Positions 23,930-35,807 of a DNA stretch of 64,000 nucleotides are shown piece after piece; position 1 is the first letter of the stretch; every line of letters begins with the position of its first letter. Origin of the DNA: Epiperipatus broadwayi (lineage: Eukaryota > Animalia > Onychophora); contig JAQFVV010000005.1 in assembly GCA_028023455.1 (NCBI GenBank), forward strand, positions 5,332,001 to 5,396,000, written 5' to 3'. Both the position numbers and the translations under genes were made by a program. Below the pieces are notes generated by a model, which was not told where the DNA came from, searched no databases, and was given only the letters and a program-made list of their open reading frames with translations.

Positions 23930-24622
23930 TTAAATTTTCTGTTGATGGATGATTGTGTGTCCTATTTTTATTAAATCTGTGGTGCAATTAATGAGATTAA
24001 TTCTTTTATCTGTCTCATATTTGCACAGATTATGGTTTCTAAACATGAAGGAAGAGAGGTCTGCAAGTTTGTGAGATTCAGGCACATAAGAATTGGGATA
24101 TGTCAGACCTCGTAATTCTAAAGGTTTAACTATCATGCAATAGTCTAGTTTGTCTATGTTTCTGCTGACGCCTATGTCTAGGTATTTAAACTGACATGCT
24201 TGGTTTTCCCAAGTTATAGTAAAGATGAGCTTGGTGTTATTCTGAAGGCTGTTGTGGAGATTATTAATGATATCTTCTGGAGCTGCAATGAATATATCAT
24301 CAATGTAATGTGTGTAAATCATGTGTGGAGTTGACTGGAAGAAAACATGGAGTATTAGCTTTTCATGATGATTGAGCACAACACTTTTTAGTATACCACT
24401 TAGTGGGAGACCCATGGGCCAACCGTTGCGCATGTTGAACCATTTATCCCTGAAAATAGCAACAATGTTTAAATCGAGCCATTTTAAAAATTCAATGATA
24501 AATTTTGCCCATGTAGGTTGGCAGTTGCTTGCAATTAATGCATCATTGACTGTTTCAATTGATTGTTTGTAGTCAATGGAGTCGTATAGCTCAGTAACAT
24601 CAAATGATGCGATTTTGAACAT
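23930..24622 (-). pseudogene. Penelope-like reverse transcriptase core (230-aa open segment)
   Basis: ORF track 23930..24622. Frameshifts at both ends (~24625, and a CA-repeat slip near 23955). Confidence 0.9.
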
Positions 24623-27600
24623 CGGTTGTATGACCGCATTTGATTTTTTCTACAAAATCAAATCATGATTTGATGGTATTATCACCAAAGCCTCATGCGT
24701 TGATAAGCCAGCGATTAACCAAAACTGCCGTGTTGATAAAATAGATGTTTATAAGGGATTAATATATATCAGCAGGGGATATCAGTATCTAGAATCATGA
24801 GTTGCAGCAGACATGTGCATAGTGTAATCATTTCAAAACTCAACTTGTAGTTGTGGTATATTGGTGATTGATGTATTGCAGTTGAAAATATCAATTTTAT
24901 TTTTTGTATCTTCAATTGTACTGTGCATTTTGTTGAATTTGAGAACTGAATATTCCTAGATTGAAGTCCAATCTATAATTTTTGGTGATTAAATATCATA
25001 TACAATTCCTGAATAATTATCACATGATTACTATTAATTGATTTCAGACAATTAATTTTTCTTATTAAGAGTATTCAGAATAAAGAATTTGAATATCTAT
25101 AATTTGACGTATGATCTTTTTATTTATGTATATATATCTCCTAAAATTATTCTATTATTTTATTGTTTAAAAACAAAAAGTCTTCTTGATTTCTTCTCTT
25201 TGCTCTTTCTCTTATTTTCTCTTTTTTTTTCTATTTTACCTTATTATCATTAGTCTCTTAGGTTGTTCCACTGGCCCTTTCTGCACTAACTAAGACAATA
25301 GGATTGTATGTTTATGCAATCACATTCCATTCCTTAATTACAAACACAGCAATTCTGATTCTAATCTTTTATGTATTTTTTATATTTCTATTTTCTTTTT
25401 TATCCTGAAGTTAAAATGGCCCTACTTGTTCATAAGTCACTGTTAATAAGTGAACATAATTACAGATGTATAGTTAAAAGAATCCCTTTCCCTCCCAACT
25501 CCATTATCATATTCTCTCTTCATCAGTTTGATTTTTTGGAAATTATAGAGCTACTTATTTAATTTTTTTAATAATTTTTAATTATTTCTATAAATAAATA
25601 ACAACAAACATTATCCATCAAAAATCACAGGTTATCAATTGAAAAACCTCAAAGCAACTTCACAGCAGTAGAAAGAGGAAAATAATAATATGAAATCAGA
25701 AATGAATAAACTTCTATATACTAATTTAATATTTTGCAGATAATCTGAAAGTATATATATATTTTAAAAAATCATATTTTCTAATAATCTAAATGTGACA
25801 TTTTTTCAATTTATAACTAAACAAATATATATTTGTCAAAGCTAATCTTGATTGATTGGACAAATATAGGTATGCTGACCAGAAAATAAAAATACAATTA
25901 TAATATGATGGAAAAACTACCATGGATAAGACAGATGCCATATATTTATGTAAAATGAACTCGTAGTTATTCTTATTTTCTTTTGGCAATCAAAATCACT
26001 ATTGAATTACATTCAAGATATATAAAACTTTCTAAATTTACTAGTACAGTTTCATCAATTTTGATTTTCCTTTTCAATTTCTTTTTTTTTTTTTTTTCAA
26101 GCATTGGTATCCTTGTTTCAACCATGTTTATGTAAGTATAAAACATATATCTTTGCTTCCTCATGTAATATCTTTAATTTAAATAAAAACTATACCAAAT
26201 ACTGTAGCTTTTGCTAATTTCTATCATGAATATTTTCTTTCTATACATTCTTTCTAAAATTTCTATATTTACATAACTCAAATTTTTCATTTTTCAACAA
26301 TGCAATAAAAACTTATTTTATATACTTTTCCGAAATTATTGAACTTTTTTCAAAAAATAAAAAATGGTGACCAAGACCAGTTTCCCCCAAAGTTTAAATT
26401 AAGCAGTATATAAAAGAATCTTTTTCCTCCATTAAAAGCCAGCTAGCTATTAATATTATCATTTGGGATTCTTTTTTACTTATTATCCATTAATTATCAA
26501 TTTTTATTTTTTACAGTTGACATTATAATTTTATATTTTTGATACATTTATTTTCAATTAAATCTCTTTACAAGTATCAAGTTCATTAACTACCTACAAA
26601 CATTATCAGACCAGCAAAGCTGTTACAATCTGTCTCCTCTCTCCAATACTAATTCCATGTTAATCATACATTTATTTAATATTTCATATAATAAATATAA
26701 TAGTGATTCAGTAGTTGATAGTAATGATAAAAAAATTATTTGTCTTTTAAATTGTTAACTGATGGATTGCTTAATAAAAATAATCATTTGTGGGGAGAGT
26801 GGAGGATAAGTTTTATTCTCTTAAATAATTCTAAAGATTTGACAGAGAGTAAAAGTATATTCTATGTAATTGTTTTAAAATATATACAAGGAAGTGCAAA
26901 TTGTGAATTAATGAATAAATAAAATTAATAAAAGTTGTGTTACTAATCCTAAAATATTGTTCAGTGGTGCAGAAACTGCTTTTTATAAATTTAATCAAAA
27001 GAAGGATCAAAGAGATATTTTTGAATAATCACTTTGGATTTGAGAAATTTATTTTACTAGGAGTAATTGCCAATTGCCTTAGAATTCTGAATTAGATATA
27101 TGTGTGTATTGCAATGGTCAGGTTCAAACCCTTCTCGTTGCACGTTTTATTTTATCCACCAAACCTATCTGTGTTGGGTTCAAACCCTATTAAAATGAAT
27201 ATTTTAATAAATAAATGTATAAACCTTTCTATCATGGCTGGGTGTGCAGCATTATATATGCACATATGAATAAACGCTGTACATACATAGGCTAGTTGTT
27301 GTTACAGTGAATATAATGTTAAATCTTTTATTTATAAAATATAAAATTTAATGTTATAATTTTAAATAGTAGAAATGTCAATTTATTAAATTTAGTAAAT
27401 ATAAATTCGTATGTGGATGTATGATTCATCTTATATAATAATATATATAGAGTGGCATGATTTAGTTTTGTAAAAGAGCAAAAAGTTTTTAGTTAAATTA
27501 GTTAAAAATAGAAAGTTAGCCATAAACAGATTTGCATTTAAATCCACTGCACCTGGGATTAAATCAAAGTTAGAAAGTTGATAATTGCTTACTCAAATTT

Positions 27601-27630
27601 ATTTATAGCAAAAATAGTCATTAAAATCGC

Positions 27631-28238
27631 TGTAGCAAAACCATTTTGACACCTGGAAGAGGATTTGCGGCCTCATGGAAGCCTAAATAAAAGTATTTTT
27701 GATCAAATTGAGAAATCTTACAATTTAGTGTGATATTTTAGATAGAGTTCATGGGTTTCCAAGTGAAACAGGTTCTTTTCTAGTAAAAGTATAAATAGGG
27801 TCCATTTTAAGCTTGAAGAGAGGAGTCATTAATTTTAGAAGGGTGTTGCAATGCTGAATCCATGTCAGATCGATCTTTGAAAGATCTGATGGGAGAAAGG
27901 TGACAGCTGCTTCTAAACCCACTGAAAGAATGGTGTGATCACTACTAGCCGATGCTTCAACCACCGGAGATACCTCAAGAAACCGTCCAGCTTTGCCCGC
28001 TCAAGAAGACCACAATACCTGAAAGCCAACACCTTATCCAGTCCAGCAACTAATTGGTAACACCAATCTATAACCACAGAGCTCTGTGTTAATGAACTAT
28101 TTCTAAATTCAAATTTTCTACTTCAAAGTTTAAAGCTAGCAACCTATAAAATAATGTAGAATTTTTTAACTCCTATAAATGTTTTATTATAAATCCTAGT
28201 TTAAGTAAATATTATTTCATTTGTATAACTTGTCTACA
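27631..28238 (+). mobile_element. Probable solo LTR
   Basis: TGTAG...CTACA termini. 4-bp flanks tcgc/tcgt. Internal TATAAATAGG; GC-elevated middle. Confidence 0.5.
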
Positions 28239-28817
28239 TCGTAATTAAACTAAATGTAACCTACACTCATTTCTTTGTCTATCACTGTGGTTGTGCCTAT
28301 AATATTTCTTTACTGTTATTTTGTTATTTATATGCCAATATGTCGAAGCAGCGAGCATTTAAAGTAATAAATATTCGGAAATATAATTGCCAATAACTTC
28401 CCATAACTGTTTCTTAATGACAATTCTCCATGCGCGCTGGTTCGAATTCCTATAACTTTATTTAATTTAAAAATGATGTATTGTGGCTTACTATTAAATT
28501 TCTGTCTTATTGAGATTAAAGTAATGTGCTGGTCTTAGTAATATGAAAGTATATCCAGTAATTATTTGGCCAGTTGATCAAATATACTTTCCCCTCCCTC
28601 ATAATAATTTCTATGTATAGATTGAAACATATAAACCAGAGTTTTATAATATTTTATTTATTTTCCTAATGTAGCTTGATTTTATATAGCGTTGTTAGAA
28701 TTGGAAACATATAAACCAGAGTTTTGCCCCATATTTTTGTAATAATTAATGTCATCCTTTCACTTGGCGGATTAGATACATTAAATTCACATTCAATGTT
28801 TAACATTATGCTGCATC

Positions 28818-29076
28818 TTCTCCTTAAGATGGGACTTTGGGAAAAGGCCATCCCATCTTACCTTTTTGGGGTGCATACTAATAAGACCCAACATATAATT
28901 CCAGGCAGTCGTGTTAGCCAACCCTGACCTTTTAGCAGCATGACGCTCGGTTCCAGGGTACCAGTGTTTGTCATGAAAACCCTTGACTCTAATCTATCCG
29001 CAGGGCACTCTGTTATTGGAATTTGCCGGTGCTGTAGCATGTCGGTGATCTTGTTATAGCCAATTCTGAGTCCCAT
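28818..29076. other. GC-rich island with a terminal hairpin and a short inverted repeat
   Basis: taagatggga-N16-tcccatctta hairpin at ~28826-28860. atgggact/agtcccat at the two ends. Confidence 0.4.
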
Positions 29077-30099
29077 AATTTAATTAATTTTTCAGTATTA
29101 AACTGAAATTTATATCTTTGCTTTCTGGGTTCAATCTCTACTCTGAGTTGAATTATATGCTCATACTTTATTAAAGTAATAATGTCACAATAAATATTTT
29201 GCTTAAAATATTTATTTAAATGTTTAAATAAAAATATTTAAAAGGAGAAGATAGTAAATATTTTGCCTAAGACTGTTACAGCAAATTTATAATAGTAGCT
29301 ACCACTTTCAATAGGAATTGGCAGAATCTTATTTAGGCACAGCTTAGTGATTCTTTAAATGTATCTTCATATTAATAATTAAAGATTTGATGAGGAGAAA
29401 TGTCAAATCCTCACATTATAAAGCCTGCGTGCTTTTCCCACATTAAATTATGTTCTGTTTGATTAATAAATATATGTTAAATTTATTCTGGTTTCATGTT
29501 ATTTCTTGTTCCTATTTCAATCCAATTCAGTCTTAGTTAATTATATATGTGATATAACTATATATGCATTAATTACCATTTATGAAAGTTATCTTTAATT
29601 TCGTGCTGGTAGCAATTAAATTAATTAATATATATATTTACAGACCTGAGTATCATGTTTCTCCCTGCTCTATGCCGTCCACGAAAGATGGGTATACTAC
29701 GTGTAACTTCAAGTGTGGTCGGACTTGAGTCGTGGAGTATGGACAAACAAGTTGAAGTGTAGTCAGATTCGGGATGTCACAATCCTGAACTGGTCACCTT
29801 TGGTCTCTTTGTCTGGATTCTAGATTCTGTTACGCGAATGTATGAAACTTGACTGTTATAGTATGTATTCATCATTTTTGTTTGCAGTTTTCATTTGAGA
29901 AGGTCTACTTTCCCAATAGGTACAACCATACTTATTGGTACAAGTATTTCATTATAATAAATATAAAACTAAAGATAAAGATTCTCTTTTGCCTTATATG
30001 TTCTATAAATGGTTTTTCAGTTTTTTTCTTTCTCTACTAACAAATTTGTTACCATAAGTATTTTTTATTTTTAATCTATACATTGTTTTAAAATAAAAA

Positions 30100-30750
30100 A
30101 AAGTCCAAAAAATGTAACCCATTTTACTCCATCAAATGCCATTTCTATATCAACAAAATTATTAATATTAACTTCTATATCTTTCAAACTATCTTCCTAA
30201 TAGGATTTTCAATTCTAGTTTGTATTCAGTTTACATTCAGATGCATAGAAGATCAAATGACATAGCAAAAAAAAAATAAATGGTTAAACTAGATATTCTT
30301 TAATTACTTTTCTTAGCTTGTGAATGAATCCACAAATCTTCCACTCAATGGCCAATTACTTTATGCACTAAGTAAAACTTTTCAATTTTAATTAAATAAT
30401 ATTCAAACTCTATCTTTTCATCTACTCAAAATTGATCAATATTTTAGCAGCATGTAAAATTAAAATTGGAGTTTTACAATTTAATATTTTTCTATATTAA
30501 TCTACTATAAATAGCAACTGATTCTTTAGCATCCATTTTAGTCATAACATTGAATTATAATTCAATTAAGCTCCTGTGTAGCTCATATATAATCTTTATA
30601 ATTTATTTTTTTTATTATTGTATAAGCTCTCCTATCCTTATTTAAAATGCTTTCATTAAATGATTGGAATCAGAACATAGATGGAGACTCTTTTTGGCAT
30701 TAAGTTTGAAATAAAAATGCACAAAACCTTATGAAGTGACATCTTTATTA
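30100..30750 (-). pseudogene. Decayed RTE-like RT fragment
   Basis: Minus-strand FVDIEMAFDGVKW (F.D.EKAFD.V.W type motif) near 30120-30160. Confidence 0.6.
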
Positions 30751-30999
30751 AGATACATAATGAATTTAAGATTTTATATAATGCAATGAATGAATTTACC
30801 ATGATATTATATAATGAAATTATATTAATTAAAATATTAGCTATTACAAATAGCAGGTTTAACAAAAAATATAAATACATTAGCTCAAATCTAATATTAA
30901 AGTGAGTTAGACTTAGTCATTAGCATCTTTAAATTTGTTAGTAAGTTAAAATCTCTCCTCAAAATGTATAATTAATAAAGGAGTTATTTTCTCTAATAA

Positions 31000-32450
31000 T
31001 ATATTAAGAATTTTATTCTTTCATTAATTAGTAAAAAGTCAAAAATGGTGATGATTTTGTTGACTTTCTTTTGAAAATGTAATGACATTTATGTAAGGAA
31101 ATTATTGAAAAGCTGTACAGCTGGCATAGTCTGTTGTTTCATTGTGAACTCTAATATCATAATCTCAAGTAGCATTGAGTCCCTTGCCTAGAGCAGAAAC
31201 TGAATTATATTTTTCCTGATAATTATTATAGATATTATAAGTATCATTGTTTTTCCTATGAGAAGTGTTATGTGCACTTTAGAAAGATGATAAGATAATG
31301 AATTCAAAAAGTCAGTTCTCAGTTAAGTTTAAAAACTCAGTATGATTAATTGAGTGAAACTATTGTGCTCAACTTACTATTTGAGTGTTTGAACATCATA
31401 TAGTTTCTCAAAAAATAACATATAATCAGCAACATTGCAATATTTTTGAGGATCCTTATAGTAAATAATTTAATTATACAAAAGATCATAACAAAATAGT
31501 TGCAAAAAATATTCCTACAAAAATAATAAATTAGTATAGAACTGTTTAACAAAATCAGATTAATACAATAATATATACAAAAACTTAACATTAAAAGTTC
31601 ATTCTTCTCACTTTCCTATTTGCAAAACCAATTACAATATGTTCCTATTCAATTTTTGGGCTTATTGGTGATCAATTATTAAAAAAAGCAAGAAATATTA
31701 TTATTTTCTTTCAGCATGCAATTTTCCATATACTACGTATAAATTTGTTAAATGATTGTTCAATTGATGCAATTGTTGTTGATAATAATGATATTGTTAT
31801 GACTTCAAACAAATTACATTCCATAAATGAGTATTTTATTAAAATTAAATGTTCCAGATCTTTTATTGTTGTCTCTGAATTCAAATCATTTGTTAGAAAT
31901 ACTATTTCACTTAATAATTATTTTGGAAAATTGTTTGGTTAATAGTTTGCATTCATTTCCTACTGTAGAATTTATTGTTCCCAAATTTACACAACTGCAT
32001 ATAATTATTTTATATTTTACTAAATGGTAAATCATCATTGATGAGTGCTGATTAAGTTTTTCAATTGCCAATAACAATATCTGATGCCAGAATTCTTCTG
32101 AGTCAATAAACTTGTTTTCCAATAGATCGCTTAACATCTTCAAAAACAATGGTGTTCATAAAATGATTTGTTATTTCAAACCGTTAATTTTCAGAACACT
32201 CTTTAGCCAATATACATGATATCCATTAATACGTTACTGATAAATGGGGAGAGAAATAATGGTGATAAAATTTATAATGATCAACTTTTCCTATGTTGAT
32301 CACAATGTCTATTATCAGAAATCTCCTAAAATCACTTATTAATAAATTAAAATTAGGTGGGAAGGTCTTTGGCTGTTTGTTAACGATGATGATCAAAAGT
32401 TTTTTTTTATTGATTGATAAAAATTTGACACAATGAGACTTCCTGCAAGT
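31000..32450 (-). pseudogene. Decayed Jockey/CR1-like LINE RT region
   Basis: Remnant GF....ST..NL..F motif near 31520-31555 and several short AT-rich ORFs on minus. Confidence 0.45.
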
Positions 32451-33379
32451 TTATGAATTACTTAACATTATTGTTATCCATCACTAAATAATAACAATTA
32501 CTATTCAAATTGCAACTAGAATTAAATTTTTCTAGCATATATTTTAATTCATACTACTGGTTGCACTACAAAGCTAACATCAGGGCAAAAGGCTAGTACA
32601 TTATTTAATAATCACGTTCTTCGATTTTAAAGAATCAACAATTCAGAAATCATTAAATAATTTCGCTTTCATTTTCAAACGTCTTAACTACTAGAAATGC
32701 CAAGAATAAAAAGCTGTCAATTTGATCAGCATCCAATTTGAATTTGAAAAGCTTGCAGTCAAAATTGTTTAACATTTGCCAACAATGGTGAATTCCAATT
32801 AATATTAACAATGCAAAAAATAAATTATACATATGCGGGAATATATATGTGTGTGTGAAAGAAAGAGAATAATTCTGAATTTCTAAATCAATACACATTT
32901 TAAGAATGAAAAATGTTGAAGCAAGGGGTCTTTTATTAAATGAGAAATGTCTTGTTTACAAAAAAACTATATAATTACTTCGTATAAATCTAGTTAAATG
33001 TAATTAGAAATAAGACTGAAGTCCTAAATTAATGTAGCACTATAAAGAACGAAAGATCTTGTTTATATAATAATAAAACATTCATAAAAATCAAGTTAAA
33101 TGTAACTGAAAGTAAATATTATTGACAGTATTATATAAATATAGGCACACACATATCTTCGATTTAAATAAAATTAAGCAAATCTACAAATAGTAATATT
33201 TTTTAAAATAAATTTAATGAAACATTTATATTATGAAGAGTCCACTTTTTAAAATATATATATATTTGTGTGCAGTGAATGAAAAAATATATATCGAAGA
33301 TCAGATGATATAATGGATAATGCGTTCGTTCGTCTGCTTTATTCTAGATAAGTAGAAATTCAACTGACAAAAAGACTTA

Positions 33380-35090
33380 AAAATGATTGGTGGGTTAAAA
33401 CTATAAAGAATAGATAGATATTCGCTGGTTTTTTACCTGGGGGGGGGGTTATGTACTGAAAGCAATATGGATCTGAGAAACGATATCACATCTCTATTAA
33501 ATCCAGCAATATCATTCTTACATGATGATAATGATATTTGAAACAGATGGAAGAAATATTTTGATCATCTTTTGAATAATGACACAAAAATTCAGATAGA
33601 TGATTTTTAATAATATATCCAATTTATCTACTAATTTAGATTTGAACAAACATATCCAGCTTAATAAAGTCAAAATAATTCTTTATAATCTTAAAAAAGG
33701 AAAGGTTGCAAGAAAATACCTAGAGAAGTTTGTAAAATTTGGTGGTGATATGTTAGCTTCAAAAATACTGAAATTTTTTAAGAAGATATGAATCCATGAA
33801 GTTGTGCTGCCTGACTTTAAGGATGCTTCTATTGTTCATCTTTAAAAGTAAAGAGAATAGAAAAATTTGCAGTAATTATCATGAAATACCATTGTTATTC
33901 ACTGCTGCAAAGGTATTTTCAATGATTTTGTTGAATAGATAGATTACCTTCAGTCATAGATGAATTATTGTCAGAAACTCAATGTGGTTTTAGAAAATTA
34001 GAAAACACTATAGACATGATTTTTGTTGTCTGATAAATGCAAGAAAAGTGTTGGGAACAAAAGAGTTATTTATATATTGCTTTTATTAATTTGGGCAAGG
34101 TATTTGATTTAGTTAATGAACAAATTTATGGCAATGTTCAAAATTATCTGATTATCCACAAAAATTTATTCATATTATACAGTTTCTACATGATAGAATG
34201 AGAGATAGAAAAATAAAAATTGGTGTTAAGCAAGAATATGTAATTTCTCCAACATTATTTTCAATTTTTATGACAGTTGTTTTTAAGCAACTTAATGAAA
34301 TTTCAATTGATTAAAAACAATAACTTCATCTTCTTAGATTTACTCTGTGCTAATGATTGTGCTATTTATGCCAATTCAAAAGATTATTTACTGAATATAC
34401 TATTTTGAATGCAACATTTGAAGACTTAAAGTTAAAAAAAATTCAAGTTCTTTATCAGTGAGTACTGACAAAAGAATCATCAGCAACTTTTATCTTGGGA
34501 TGGTTATCGACTTGAGAATCTAAATCAATATAAATACCTTGGAAATAGGTAAATAAAAGTGGACATAGATATTGATATACAACACGGACTCCAATATGAT
34601 GTTGCTGCTTTTAAGAAGTTGAAAGATAGAGTATTTCATCCCAGGAAAATAACTACTGCAATTAAGTTAGCTATTATTTTTACTTAATTTATAGTATGGA
34701 AGTAAGATTGGGTCACTCTTTTAATGCAGTATAAAAGCATTAGAAAAGTTTCATTTAAGAATGTTCCATAAACTTTCTGGATATGATATTATAGAATCAA
34801 CTATTGTAAAATCACACCTTCATCAATGATCAATACACTACTTCCCAAAATGATGTTTTATGGTAAACCTGAGCATAGTTTTTGTGAGAGAGGTAGATCT
34901 CGTCTACATTAAAAAATGATCTCAGTGATATTTTAAAGAAGATCAGTAATGATTGTTTCCATTGATATGACATGACAGAGAATAGAATATATTGGAGAGC
35001 AACAATTGGACTTGGTGTCAAAGTATTTCAGAAAGAAAGTTTCCTATGGAGGAAATTAAAAGACAGCATGCAGAATAAAAAATAGACCAT
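33380..35090 (+). mobile_element. Degraded RTE-clade LINE, copy 3
   Basis: ETQCGFRK (actcaatgtggttttagaaaa), KIGVKQ and CANDC remnants. Matches copies 1 and 2. Confidence 0.85.
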
Positions 35091-35701
35091 CATATTTTAT
35101 GTGGATATATTTATGGTTCAAAGAATGGTTTATTTAGTCTTTGCAAAACATTATTGTGAGAGCAATTTTTAGTTGGAATGGCCACACTCATTTATGATTG
35201 ATTATGCTTTACTCTTCATCTGGGTTTTAAATCCAAACAAGTATCAAAAATTTTTCAGATAAAAAATCTCCAAATACACAGAAAACAGTTCCAGGTACAC
35301 AATATATAACAAATTTAATTATTTTCAACTATTAATAGTTCACTAATATTTTCCAATACTTTATCACAAATATCCAAACTATTCTAAGCTAATTCAACAC
35401 ATTTTGTCATATCATCAGCTCACAGTTATCTAGAATTTTTATCTTGCTACACAGTGATTATTTGGCCTATTTCATCATTTATTTTCTCTTTTAGATATAT
35501 GTCGAACTGTTGAGTTGGAGTAAGTTTAAGGATAAATATCAATACCAGTCATATAAATTAAATACAAAATTTAAATTTACCAACAGTTTTTTAGCATGTT
35601 TATGCAATAACAGTTAATTTTCAAATTACATTAATGATTATATTCTAATATATGATTTTTTTCCTACAATACAGACTTTTTCATACTTGCACTCCAATAT
35701 G

Positions 35702-35807
35702 TAATATATAGGGGTTTGAACTCAGACTTTCATACAACCTGTAAGTGAATCAGTAGGATGAAATGGCATGGATAGGTGAAGTCTGAGTTCAAGCCCCCTA
35801 TATATTA
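35702..35807. repeat. 31-bp inverted repeat containing a B-box-like motif
   Basis: taatatataggggtttgaactcagactttca / tgaagtctgagttcaagccccctatatatta. Confidence 0.8.

Larger units (their letters stand above)
23300..24750 (-). mobile_element. 5'-truncated Penelope-like element (RT + GIY-YIG endonuclease), frameshifted
   Basis: RT motifs SFDVTELY, GWPMGLPLSGIL, YIDDIF, FKYLDI, KP..HK. Downstream, after frameshifts: VVYKITCP..CVATYYGET..TRVAQH..EH..TGH..VREA..INR. Confidence 0.92.

Noticed and set aside
28826-29076. HDV-like ribozyme suggested by ATGGGAC/GTCCCA
   Set aside because: The order of the complementary segments is reversed relative to the HDV P2 topology on both strands, and no P1/P3/P1.1 was found.
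32037-32055. 15-nt identity (tgatgagtgctgatt) to the 9556-9610 hammerhead
   Set aside because: The helix II 3' strand, GAAA and stem I are absent, and it lies inside a LINE remnant. Treated as chance or a tiny fragment.
35395-35430. Minus-strand CTGATGA-TATGAC-AAAATGTGTT
   Set aside because: No convincing helix II or stem I.
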